From positions 96,001-160,000 of the forward strand of contig CBDAOI010000001.1 of NCBI GenBank assembly GCA_965198005.1: DNA of 64,000 bases. The letters are read 5' to 3'. This document shows, one piece after another, positions 1 through 9,460 of this stretch (positions are counted from its first letter, which is position 1; every line of letters starts with the position of its first letter). A program made the translations under genes and the position numbers. A model generated the notes under the pieces. It saw only the letters and a list, made by a program, of their open reading frames with translations. It was not told the DNA's origin and ran no database searches. The stretch comes from Spirochaetia bacterium (GTDB lineage: Bacteria > Spirochaetota > Spirochaetia > SZUA-6 > Bin103).

Positions 1-654
1 CTCGGCTACGTGGCGGCGGGCTTCACCGTGGCCGCACTCGACTGCCGTGGCCAGGGCGGACTGTCCGAGGATGCCGGCGGGGTGCGCGGCAACACCCTGT
101 ACGGGCACATCATTCGCGGCCTGGCGGACGGGGCGGACAAGCTGCTGTACCGGCAGATCTTCCTCGACACGGTGCGGCTGGCGCGCCTCGTGATGGAACT
201 CGACGAGGTGGACCCGGAACGGGTCGGGGCGACCGGCGCCTCACAGGGCGGCGGCCTGACTCTGGCCTGCGCGGCGCTCGAGCCGCGGATCAAGCGGGCG
301 GCGCCGATTTACCCGTTCCTGTGCGACTACCTGCGGGTGTGGGAGATGGACCAGGCGCAGAACGCGTACCGGGAGCTGAGCGGGTTCTTTCGCATGTTCG
401 ACCCCACCCACGCCAACCAGGATGCCTACTTCGAGCGGCTGGGGTATATCGACGTCCAGCACCTGGCCGGCCGGATCCAGGCGGAGGTGTTGATGGCGAC
501 CGGGTTGATGGATCAGGTGTGTCCGCCGTCGACCCAGTTCGCGGCCTACAACAGGATCACGGCCCCCAAGCGGCTGGTGATCTACCCCGACTTCGAGCAC
601 GAGGCGCTGCCCGAGTTCGGCGATCAGACGCTGCAGTTCATGCTCGGGCTGTAG
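1..654 (+). CDS. Acetylxylan esterase / cephalosporin-C deacetylase (CE7), 5'-partial
   Basis: DCRGQGG, GASQGG nucleophile elbow, DQVCPPSTQFAAYN and final HE motifs; the frame is open from the window edge. Confidence 0.9.
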   Translation, partial: LGYVAAGFTVAALDCRGQGGLSEDAGGVRGNTLYGHIIRGLADGADKLLYRQIFLDTVRLARLVMELDEVDPERVGATGASQGGGLTLACAALEPRIKRAAPIYPFLCDYLRVWEMDQAQNAYRELSGFFRMFDPTHANQDAYFERLGYIDVQHLAGRIQAEVLMATGLMDQVCPPSTQFAAYNRITAPKRLVIYPDFEHEALPEFGDQTLQFMLGL

Positions 655-2596
655 TGAGCCAGCGGACGTCGTAGGGCATCAGTCGCTGGTTCCAGAGGGG
701 TCCTGCCGGCAGCCATAATTCGGCACCGGTGATCAGTTCGCGCACGCGGCGGCCGCGGAACAGGGCCGTATCGAGCGCCACCCATTGCGGTTCCGCCGAC
801 ACATTGGTGACCGCCACCACCCGGCGGCGGGCGTTGCGGGCAACGACCGCCACCACCGCCGCCGGAGTGTCGAGCAGTTCCAGCGGCGGGCCGCCCGGCG
901 CGAACGCCGGCTCGCTGGCACGCGCCGCGATCATGCGCAGCAACCGGGCCAGTACCCGCGCCAGCGGCGTGCGCGGATCGTCCAGCTCGGCGAACAGCGC
1001 CGCCTCGGCGAACTGCTCGCGGTTGATCGAGCGGTGCTCGTCGAGCTGCCCGGGGTCGAGCCGGTTGGGCACGCCGAGCAGGCCGTTGAGGTAGAACGCG
1101 GGCACCCCGCGCAGCATCAGGCCGAGCGCCGCGCACGCCGCGTAGCGGTCGATCTGCAGGGCAAGCTCCTCGCCGCCGTCGGGGCGGTTGAGCAGGCTCC
1201 AGGGCGTGGCGCACAGCTCGTAGACGATCCGCCCGCCGCCCGGCTGCCGGGCGTAGTTGGGCAGCGCGCGGTGCGCGGTCACCAGGGTATCGACCAGCCA
1301 CTCCAGATCCTGCTCCGGCAGCAGGCCGAGCAGCGGTTTGCGTCCCATCCCGTCGTGGCTGCCGAGCACGGTAATGAACTGGCGCCCGGCGAACGGCTCC
1401 AGGGTGCGCAGCCAGCGCTTGTAGTGGCTGCCGCCGCCGCTGAGCAGCGCGTGCACGGCCAGCGGAAAGTGGGCGAACTGGTACACCAGGTCAGACTCGG
1501 CCGCGTCGCCGGTACCCAGGTAGGGCAGGAGCGCGGCCTGGGGCTCGTTGACCTCGGCGATGGTGACCAGCTCCGGCGCGCCGGCCAGCGCGTCGCGCAG
1601 CACCTGCAGCAGGCGGTGGGTGTTGGGATGATGGAGACTCGGCGTGCCCAGCTCCTTCCACAGGTAGCCGGCCGCGTCCAGCCGCACCCAGTCCGCCCCG
1701 TGGCTGCGGTACTGCAGCAGCACCTCCAGCATCTCCAGCAGCACCCGCGGGTTGCGAAAGTTGAGGTCGACCTGGCGCGTGGCCGCGCTGCCGTCCGCGT
1801 TCGGCGCCCGCGAGAAAGTGGTCCACACCCAGCCGTCCGCCCGCCCGTCGGCCGCCGGCGTACCACCCGACCCCCCGTCAGAGGCGGCGCCGCGGTGCGG
1901 CTGGTCGCCGGCAGGCGCAGAGCCGCCAGGCGCGGTGTCACCAGCCACCGCGAACGTAGCGCGCTGCTGGCCGGCCTCCTCCTCCACGGTATAGCGGGTG
2001 AGCACGGGGTGCGGGCGCGGCCGGGCGAGCGCGGCCAGCGCGTCCACGTCCGGTTGCGTGCCGTCGTCGTAGCGGATCACGTAGTCGGCGTAGCGCGGGT
2101 CACCGGTGAGCGCCCCCTGCACCAGCGGGTTGTCCAGCGAAGCGTGGTTGATCACCAGATCGACCATCAGGTGGGTGAAGTCGGCCGCCAGCGCCTCGAC
2201 CTCGGCCCAGGTGCCGTTGCGCGGGTCGACCGCCCGGTAGTCGGTGACCGAAAACCCGCGGTCGGTGTCCCACGGGTAGAACGGCAGCAGGTGGAGGGTG
2301 TTGATCGCGCCTTTCAGGTAGCGGCGGGCGAACCGGCGCAGCGCGGCCAGCGGCGGGCCGCCGGCGTGCGGTCCCCCGGCCGACCGGATCGAGTCGGCGT
2401 AGGCGATCAGCGCGACGTCGCCGGCAGCCGGGATCCGTGCTCGGATGGTCGGCGGCCCGGTACCGGATAGCGGGGCTTGAGCCACGCCGTAGCGCTGCAA
2501 CAACACGCGGAGCGCTGCCACCGTTTCGTCGGCGCGAGCGGCGTACAGGTGCCTGAGGTTCGCGCGCAGGCGTTGGTCGGGACTCAGCACCGCCAA
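638..2596 (-). CDS. GH13 sucrose phosphorylase-family enzyme (glucosylglycerate phosphorylase-like)
   Basis: YADSI, HLLPFYPWDTDRGFSVTDY, DLVINH, WTTFS, QVDLNF, RLDAAGYLWK, SHDG and RSINR motifs. Confidence 0.85.
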   Translation of the reverse strand: MAVLSPDQRLRANLRHLYAARADETVAALRVLLQRYGVAQAPLSGTGPPTIRARIPAAGDVALIAYADSIRSAGGPHAGGPPLAALRRFARRYLKGAINTLHLLPFYPWDTDRGFSVTDYRAVDPRNGTWAEVEALAADFTHLMVDLVINHASLDNPLVQGALTGDPRYADYVIRYDDGTQPDVDALAALARPRPHPVLTRYTVEEEAGQQRATFAVAGDTAPGGSAPAGDQPHRGAASDGGSGGTPAADGRADGWVWTTFSRAPNADGSAATRQVDLNFRNPRVLLEMLEVLLQYRSHGADWVRLDAAGYLWKELGTPSLHHPNTHRLLQVLRDALAGAPELVTIAEVNEPQAALLPYLGTGDAAESDLVYQFAHFPLAVHALLSGGGSHYKRWLRTLEPFAGRQFITVLGSHDGMGRKPLLGLLPEQDLEWLVDTLVTAHRALPNYARQPGGGRIVYELCATPWSLLNRPDGGEELALQIDRYAACAALGLMLRGVPAFYLNGLLGVPNRLDPGQLDEHRSINREQFAEAALFAELDDPRTPLARVLARLLRMIAARASEPAFAPGGPPLELLDTPAAVVAVVARNARRRVVAVTNVSAEPQWVALDTALFRGRRVRELITGAELWLPAGPLWNQRLMPYDVRWLTTARA

Positions 2597-2646
2597 GCCC
2601 GTCTGGTACGCACGGCCGAAACTGCTATTGTGGCCGCGGCGGCACG

Positions 2647-3231
2647 ATGGAACTTACCCTGGTCCCGACCCTGGAGGTGCAACGCGACCTGTGTCGGATC
2701 GAGCGCGACGGCGACCGGTTTCGCGCCTATCTGGCGGCGATGGTCGGCGCTGGCGGCGAGCTGAAGCTGCCGCTGCCGCTGTTCAACCCGATGGCGCGCG
2801 AGCACGTCGCCGTGCTGCTCGACCGGTTGATCGTGGCCGGCGCCGAGGCCACCGCCGGGGAGGCGTTGCGGGCGGCAGAACCGCGGCTGGCGGCGGTCGG
2901 CGACGCGTTGCGGGTCGCGTTGGTGGTGGCGGACGACGCGGTGGGCGGCTGGACTGACCGCTACCTGTCCGACGAGCAGGTGCGGTTTCAGGGGCACGGT
3001 ATATTCCGCCGCGGCTGGGCGGTGGTTGCCCTGTGGAGCGGTGATCCGCCGCAGGCCGCCAGCGGCACGCACCTGGCGGCAGCCACGGCCGCGGCGGTGT
3101 GGAGATGCGCCTATCAGCGCAGCCACGGTGAGCCGAAGTCGCTGCGCCATCGCCTGCTGCAGGAGGGGTTGGCGGCGGCGTTCGGTCCCGCCACCGAGCT
3201 GGACTGGCAACCCGGCTGGCAAACCCACTGA
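2647..3231 (+). CDS. Hypothetical protein
   Basis: 194-aa ORF with ATG start and protein-like composition, divergent from the GH13 gene. Confidence 0.6.
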   Translation: MELTLVPTLEVQRDLCRIERDGDRFRAYLAAMVGAGGELKLPLPLFNPMAREHVAVLLDRLIVAGAEATAGEALRAAEPRLAAVGDALRVALVVADDAVGGWTDRYLSDEQVRFQGHGIFRRGWAVVALWSGDPPQAASGTHLAAATAAAVWRCAYQRSHGEPKSLRHRLLQEGLAAAFGPATELDWQPGWQTH

Positions 3232-3398
3232 TCGCGGTTCGGCGCGGGGAGCGCGGCTGATCTGCCGACGCCGCCAAGTCGCTGGCTGCCGCTGCCCGCC
3301 CCCGCCGCCGTGGCGCTGCTGAGCGTGGCCGATCCGCGGACGCCGCCGGGCTGCTGGTGACGTTCGTGGTGTTCGAATCGCGCGCGGCCCGGGCTGGC

Positions 3399-4520
3399 TC
3401 ACGCCGGCTGCTCGTCCGCCGCGGCCGCAGCGACGCCGGGGTGCGCTCGGTGGCGGGCCGCCATTACCGCCGCCATCACTTGCCGCATGGCTTGCAGCGT
3501 CGCATCGACGTCGTCCGCTGCGATGCCGTAGTGGGTGACCATGCGCAGATCCGACTGTCCCGGGTTGATCAACACGCCGGCTGCGCGCAGGCGGTCGGCG
3601 ATCTCGAAGCCGCTGCCGGCCGGCACTCCGAACCGCACGATGTTGGTCTCGATCGCCGCCGGGTCCAGCTCCAGCCCGTCGATCTCGGCCAGACCGTACG
3701 CCAGCCGCCGGGCGTTGGCGTGATCGTCGGCCAGGCGGTCGATCATGGTCTCCAGCGCCACCAGGCCGGGCGCCGCCAGCACGCCCACCTGACGCATCCC
3801 GGAGCCGAGCATCTTGCGCCAGCGGGTGGCCTCGGCGATGAACGCACGCTTGCCGCAGACCACGCTGCCCACCGGGCAGGCCAGCCCCTTGGACAGGCAG
3901 AAGGTGACCGAATCCACCTCCGCCGCCAGCTCGGCGGCGCTCACCCCGCACGCCACGGCGGCGTTGAACAGACGCGCGCCGTCGAGATGTACGCGCAGTC
4001 CCGCGGCATGGCCGGCCGCGGCCAGCTCGCGAGTGCGGGCTACGGTCAGAGCGCGGCCGGAACTGGCGTTGTGGGTATTTTCGAGGCAGAGCAGGCGGGT
4101 GCGCGGTTGATGGTAGTCGCTGCCCTTGACCGCCGCCGTGACCTGCTGCGGCTCGAACCCGCCGTCCGCCGCGGCCGGCAGCGGTGCGATCACCACCCCA
4201 CCCAGCACCGACGCCCCGCCCGCCTCGTTGACCTGGACGTGGGAGCTGTCACCGACCAGAATCTCCTCACCGCGCGCCACCTGGGCCAGGATCGACACCA
4301 GGTTGCCCTGGGTGCCGGCGGTCACGAACAGCCCCGCCTCCTTGCCGAGCATGGCCGCCGCGGTTTCCTGCAGGCGGAGCACGGTGGGATCGTCGCCGTA
4401 GACGTCGTCGCCCACCTCGGCCGCGTACATCGCCTGCCGCATCGCCGGCGTCGGCAAGGTCACCGTGTCGCTGCGCAGGTCGATCACGCCAGCACCCGAA
4501 CCACCCGAACCACCCTTCAT
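3399..4520 (-). CDS. ltaE: Low-specificity L-threonine aldolase
   Basis: IDLRSDTVT, GDDVYGDDPT, LENTHN, HLDGARLFNA and CLSKGL (PLP lysine) motifs; start trimmed to the ATG at 4520. Confidence 0.92.
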   Translation of the reverse strand: MKGGSGGSGAGVIDLRSDTVTLPTPAMRQAMYAAEVGDDVYGDDPTVLRLQETAAAMLGKEAGLFVTAGTQGNLVSILAQVARGEEILVGDSSHVQVNEAGGASVLGGVVIAPLPAAADGGFEPQQVTAAVKGSDYHQPRTRLLCLENTHNASSGRALTVARTRELAAAGHAAGLRVHLDGARLFNAAVACGVSAAELAAEVDSVTFCLSKGLACPVGSVVCGKRAFIAEATRWRKMLGSGMRQVGVLAAPGLVALETMIDRLADDHANARRLAYGLAEIDGLELDPAAIETNIVRFGVPAGSGFEIADRLRAAGVLINPGQSDLRMVTHYGIAADDVDATLQAMRQVMAAVMAARHRAHPGVAAAAADEQPA

Positions 4521-5301
4521 GCGGAAGCCCCCGAGTAGTGCTTGAGCCCGAACCGCCAGATCACCCGCGCCGCGGTCAGCATGAACGCCGCCACCCCCAG
4601 GGCCAGCGCCACGCCACCGCCGGTGAGCCGGCCGATCAGCGCCTCCGCCGGTATCGTGATCGCGATCGCGACCGGCACCACGAAGGTCAGCACCACGCGC
4701 AACCACTGCGGATAGATCCCGATCGGCCAGCGCGCCGCCTGGTACATGTCGCTGAAGATAACCAGGATGTTCTCGATGCGCAGAAACCAGAACGACACCG
4801 TGGCCATGATCAGATAGAAACTGTAGATCACGCCGCCGCCGGCCAGCAGGGTCACCACGAACAGGGCGCTGTCGCCCCACCCCACCGCGCCGCCGCGGCG
4901 CACCAGCGCCACCCCCAGCACCGCCAGTCCAGCACCACGTCGACCAGTTTCCAGATCCGGATCTCACCGATGCTGACCAGGAACTGCGCGTCCGCCGGCT
5001 TGGTCAGGGTGTAGTCGAGCGTGCCCTCGCGCACGTCCTCCATCACCTTCTGCATGCTCGGTTCGATCACCGCCCCGATCACCGCCCCCACCAGCAGATA
5101 CACCCCCAGCACCGCCAGCACCTCTTCCGGCGCCCAGCCGCCCAGGGTGTCGGTATGGCCGAACACCACCAGCAGGCCGCCGATCGCGCTCAACACCGCG
5201 ACCGCGGACTGCAACAACTGCAGGTAGAGATTGGCGCGGTAGGCCAGCTCGTTCAGCAGCCCGATCCTCAGGAACGTCCCCGCCACCCGCAGCGGCTGCA
5301 T
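4517..5301 (-). CDS. ABC-2 family (DUF990-type) permease, frameshifted near 4930
   Basis: ORFs 4852-5301 (AYRAN, GTLDYTLTKP) and 4517-4921 (WPIGIYP, YSGAS) join if one G is restored in ctgg(g)actg. Confidence 0.8.
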
Positions 5302-5304
5302 GCG

Positions 5305-6096
5305 CTACGCTCCCACCGCCGCGTACTTGCGCACGCCCAGCCGCCACACCACCCGCACCAGCAGCAGTCCCACCAGCAGCCACAGCGCCTGCATCCGGAA
5401 CCCGGCGGCGATCTCGGCGCCGCTGAGGCGGTTGAGCGCCAACTCGACCGGGAACCACAGGGTCCAGCGAAACGGCAGGTACCAGGTGATCCGCTCCAGC
5501 CACGACGGCAGCAGCTCCAGCGGCGCCAGCCGCCCGGAGCAGAACAGCAGCACCAGGAAGTAGATCTGATTGAGCGCCGCGGTGCGCGTGGTCCAGAACC
5601 CGGTGAGCGCAAACGCCCAGTCGAACAGGAACCGCACGCAGTACGCCGCCACCAGGGCGACCGCGGCCAGCGCCAGCATCGCGGCGCGCAGGTCGAAGGC
5701 GGGTTGGAACAGCAGCCCCAGCAGCAGCGCTGCCGGCACCAGAATCACCAAAGTGACCAGCTTGTAGCCGAGGTTGTCGGCAACGTCGCTGTGGATCGGA
5801 TGGATCGGCTTGAGCAGCATCGCCGACAGCTCGCCGCTGCGCACGCGCCACTCGAACTCGAAGATCACCCAGGTAAAGGTCAACTGGTTCACGATCATCA
5901 GAACGATGAAGTAGGCGGCGAAATCGGCCGCCCCGTAGCCGCCTACAGCGCCGCGTACCGTGGCGACGGTGGTCCACACCACCAGGTAGACGGTGGGCTC
6001 GACGATGCGGTTGATCATCCAGATCGCCAACGTCGCCCGATACTGCAGTTGCAAGGCGATGGTGGTCTTGAGGTATACCCAGTAGATGCGCAGCAC
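5305..6096 (-). CDS. ABC-2 family transporter permease
   Basis: QYRA, RSGELSAMLLKP, SGRLAPL and LPF motifs; hydrophobic. Confidence 0.88.
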   Translation of the reverse strand: MLRIYWVYLKTTIALQLQYRATLAIWMINRIVEPTVYLVVWTTVATVRGAVGGYGAADFAAYFIVLMIVNQLTFTWVIFEFEWRVRSGELSAMLLKPIHPIHSDVADNLGYKLVTLVILVPAALLLGLLFQPAFDLRAAMLALAAVALVAAYCVRFLFDWAFALTGFWTTRTAALNQIYFLVLLFCSGRLAPLELLPSWLERITWYLPFRWTLWFPVELALNRLSGAEIAAGFRMQALWLLVGLLLVRVVWRLGVRKYAAVGA

Positions 6097-6105
6097 GGCT
6101 CCGCC

Positions 6106-7131
6106 CTATCCGTTCGGCTCCGACTCGGCCTGCGCTTGAGGCCCCGGAGGCGACCCGCGCGTCAACCCACCTGAAAAAACCTGCTCGATCACGTCCTCGA
6201 TCGGCGGATCCTCCACCGTCAGGTCACGCACCGGCAGGTCGGCCAACAACCGCGCGGTGACCTGCGGCGCGTCCACCTTGGGCACCCGCAGACTGTAGCG
6301 ACTGCCCTCGGACACCACCACCTGTCCGTAGCGGCCGAGGTCGGCGGTGTCCTTCTCCAGCTCGACCACGATCGTCTTGTGCGGAGAGAAGCGGGTCACC
6401 AGCTCGCCGAGCCGGCCGTCGAACAGGATGCGGCCGTGATCGATCACGATGATCCGCTTGCACAGCGCCTCCACGTCGGCCATGTAGTGGCTGGTCAGCA
6501 ACACCGTGGTGCGGTGCAGGCGGTTGTACTCGGCCAGGAACGCGCGGATGCGGCGCTGCATGGTGACGTCCAGTCCGATGGTCGGCTCATCCAGGAACAG
6601 CACCTGCGGCCGGTGCAGCAGCGCCACCGCGAGCTCACACTTCATGCGCTCGCCCAGTGACAGGTTGCGCACCGGGCGCTGCAGCAGCGGCCCCAGCTCC
6701 AGCAGCTCGGTCAGCTCGTCCAGGGTTGCGCGATAGACGGCGGCGGGCACCCGGTACACCACCCGGTTGCGCTCGAACGAGTCGATCACCGGGATGTCCC
6801 ACACCAGTTGATTGCGCTGCCCCATCACCAGCGTGATGCGACTCAGGAATGCGCGCTCGCGGCGCGCCGGTTCGTGGCCGAGCACGCGGGCGCGGCCGCC
6901 GCTGGGGAACAGCAGGCCGGACAGCATCTTCAGGGTGGTGGTCTTGCCCGCCCCGTTGGGGCCCACGAAGCCCACGAATTCGCCCGGCTCGAGGGTGAAG
7001 GACACGGCGGCTACCGCCTGGACCGCACGCGTACGCCGCGAAACCACGCTGCGCAACGCCGCCCGCAGTCCGGCGTCGCGTTCGGGGACGGTGTAGGTCT
7101 TGCTGAGCTGCCGAACCTCTACCGCGGACAA
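6106..7131 (-). CDS. ABC transporter ATP-binding protein
   Basis: Walker A GPNGAGKTT, signature LSLGE, Walker B LFLDEPT. Confidence 0.95.
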   Translation of the reverse strand: MSAVEVRQLSKTYTVPERDAGLRAALRSVVSRRTRAVQAVAAVSFTLEPGEFVGFVGPNGAGKTTTLKMLSGLLFPSGGRARVLGHEPARRERAFLSRITLVMGQRNQLVWDIPVIDSFERNRVVYRVPAAVYRATLDELTELLELGPLLQRPVRNLSLGERMKCELAVALLHRPQVLFLDEPTIGLDVTMQRRIRAFLAEYNRLHRTTVLLTSHYMADVEALCKRIIVIDHGRILFDGRLGELVTRFSPHKTIVVELEKDTADLGRYGQVVVSEGSRYSLRVPKVDAPQVTARLLADLPVRDLTVEDPPIEDVIEQVFSGGLTRGSPPGPQAQAESEPNG

Positions 7132-7135
7132 CGAC

Positions 7136-8401
7136 TTACGAGAGCCGGGCGCGCAGCAGGCTGCGGATCTCCTGCACCAGGATCACGTAGCGGCTGGCGC
7201 CCTGCGGGAACCGGTCGGTTTCCAGCCGGCGGCCATTGACGAACACGGTCGGCGTCCGGTCGACGCCGCTGCGGTGGCCCTCGTCGACGTCGCGCTGGAT
7301 GTGACGCATGGCGGCCTCGCTCTGCAGGTCGCGGAGGAACGCCTCGGAGTCGGCCACGCCGGCGGTCGCGGCATTGTCCAGCAACTGCTGCGGCCGATGG
7401 TTCTGGAAGTGCTCGTACAGCAACTGGTGGTACTCGACGAAGCGGCCCTGCTGGTGCGCGGCGTAGGCCGCCGCCGCGGCCAGGCAGGAGGTGCTGGTCC
7501 GGTTGCCCATGGCCCGGTTGCAGGTGCCGTCGAGCGGATAGAACTTGAACAGCACCCGCACCTCGTCGGGGAACGTGGTCGCCAGCCGCAGCGCCTCGGG
7601 ATCGAAGCTGCGGCAGTGGGAGCAGTTGTAGTCGCCGAACACCATGATCTGCACCGGTGCGTCGGCCGGTCCGACGCCGGGTACCCCGTCGCTCGCGAAG
7701 GTGTGGGTCTGACGGCTCAGAAAGCTCGGCCCGGCCTGCTGGAGCGCGGCGGAGGCGGCGGCGCGGGTGCCGGTCGAGAGCGCCTCGGCCTCGAACCCCA
7801 GGGTGGCGGCCAGCGCCACCGCGACCCCGGCCGCGACTGCGCCGGCCGCGGGGGCGAACGCTTGGCGCTCGGGCCGCCGCTTGCCGGAGCGAGTGCTCGG
7901 TCGGGGCTGCGCGCGCAGCCGCAGGAGCACCGCGAACAGGCCCACGGTGGTGAGCTGCAGCAGCGCGCAGTACAGGCACAGGGCGCCGATCACCAGCGCC
8001 GACAGCAGCGCCAACCCCACCGAGACCAGCGCGCCGGCCCCGGCCAGGAGGGTGGCCAGTTTCAGGCAGGCAGCGGCCGAAGCGCGCAGCCCGGCCGCCA
8101 GCGGCAAGGCGAGCAACCCGCCCAGCACCACGTACGCAGCGAGCGCGACGGCCGAGATCGGCACGCCGGCGACCGCCGAGAACTGCGACGCGCTGATCCG
8201 GTCGCAGTCCACGTAGGCGGAAATGCTGCAGCCGCTGACCTGCCCCGCCAGCACGTGCTGGTAGTAGTTGCGGGTCAGCACCACGCTCAGGATAAGCCCG
8301 GCCACCACCAGCAGCAACGCCAGCCACTGCGCCCACGGTAGCTGCGCGCCCACACTCGGCGCCGCCTCGCCCGCGGCGGACGATCGTCTGCGTTTTCCCA
8401 T
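7136..8401 (-). CDS. Vitamin K epoxide reductase (VKOR)-DsbA/thioredoxin fusion
   Basis: VKOR loop cysteines CSISAYVDC and CLYC in TM region, followed by a DsbA domain with CSHC and TPT. Confidence 0.88.
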   Translation of the reverse strand: MGKRRRSSAAGEAAPSVGAQLPWAQWLALLLVVAGLILSVVLTRNYYQHVLAGQVSGCSISAYVDCDRISASQFSAVAGVPISAVALAAYVVLGGLLALPLAAGLRASAAACLKLATLLAGAGALVSVGLALLSALVIGALCLYCALLQLTTVGLFAVLLRLRAQPRPSTRSGKRRPERQAFAPAAGAVAAGVAVALAATLGFEAEALSTGTRAAASAALQQAGPSFLSRQTHTFASDGVPGVGPADAPVQIMVFGDYNCSHCRSFDPEALRLATTFPDEVRVLFKFYPLDGTCNRAMGNRTSTSCLAAAAAYAAHQQGRFVEYHQLLYEHFQNHRPQQLLDNAATAGVADSEAFLRDLQSEAAMRHIQRDVDEGHRSGVDRTPTVFVNGRRLETDRFPQGASRYVILVQEIRSLLRARLS

Positions 8402-8469
8402 CCGGCCGTGCCCCCTCGACCAGCAGGCTGGCGGCTCAGGCGCGTCGCGTCAAGTCCGCATCGTCCGCA

Positions 8470-9414
8470 TCAATCGAAGGCGGCGACGATCTCCTGCTCG
8501 ATGCGCTGGATTTCCTCGACGCCGCCGGTGGGGATGTTGCCGAACATGATCTCGTCGACCCCCTCGTCGATCAGCGCGCCGATCCGGTCCACCACCTGCT
8601 GGCGCGTGCCCACCATGGTGCCCGCGCCCAGCCCCTTGACCAGTCTTGCGCCCGCATCCCGCGCCGCCTGGTCGTCGCCGACCACGATCGGCATCAGGAT
8701 GGTGCGCCGGATCTCGGCCGGGTCGCGGCCGACGTTCTCGCAATGCCGCTCCAGCACCTCGACCTTGTGGCGGTACGTCTCCAGCGCCACGCCCTGGCCG
8801 GCCCAGCCGTCCAGATTCAGCACGTCGCCGTACTTCGCCAGGGTGCGCAGTGTGCGCCGCTCGCCGGTGCCGCCCACCAGAATCGGGATGTGCGGCTTCT
8901 GATAGCAGCCCGGAGACATCTGCAACTGGTCGGCCCAGTAGTACCGGCCGCGGAAGTCGATCGGCCCCTCCGTGGTGAACAGCGTGCGGATCAACTGGCA
9001 CGCCTCCTCGAAGCGGTCCGAGCGTTCGCGCATGGTCGGGAACTTCCAGCCGAACCCGTAGTGCTCGCGCTCGCACCAGGCGGCGCCCAGCGAGAGCGTG
9101 AACCGCCCCTTGGAAGCCTGGTCGAGCGTGGTCGCCATCTTCGCCAGCAGCGCCGGGTTGCGGTAGGTGTTGCCCAGCACCAGGTGTCCGAGCTGCAGCT
9201 TGCTGGTCATGCCGGCCGCGACCGCGATCAGCGTGTACCCCTCGAACGCCGGCAGATGCTCGGACTTCCGCTGCCCCTTGGGCCCGCCCCAGGGCGGGAA
9301 AAAGTGGTCCGCGAACCAGAGGCTGTGCCACGGCCCCGCCTCCATGGCCGTAATCGAACGTGCGATCTCGTCCCACGTAACGTTGTAACAGTTGACCTGA
9401 ATTCCGAATTTCAT
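8470..9414 (-). CDS. LLM-class flavin/F420-dependent oxidoreductase
   Basis: WFADHF, YRNPALLAKMATTLD, GRFTLSLGAAW and PILVGG motifs. Confidence 0.9.
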   Translation of the reverse strand: MKFGIQVNCYNVTWDEIARSITAMEAGPWHSLWFADHFFPPWGGPKGQRKSEHLPAFEGYTLIAVAAGMTSKLQLGHLVLGNTYRNPALLAKMATTLDQASKGRFTLSLGAAWCEREHYGFGWKFPTMRERSDRFEEACQLIRTLFTTEGPIDFRGRYYWADQLQMSPGCYQKPHIPILVGGTGERRTLRTLAKYGDVLNLDGWAGQGVALETYRHKVEVLERHCENVGRDPAEIRRTILMPIVVGDDQAARDAGARLVKGLGAGTMVGTRQQVVDRIGALIDEGVDEIMFGNIPTGGVEEIQRIEQEIVAAFD

Positions 9415-9460
9415 CGGTTGTCCTCCGTATATTGAATCATGTTCAGTCGCCGGGCGCTGG

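Noticed and set aside
4915-4935. Frameshift in the ABC permease as programmed frameshifting
   Set aside because: A single missing G in a short run with no slippery site; more likely a sequencing or assembly indel, or a recent mutation
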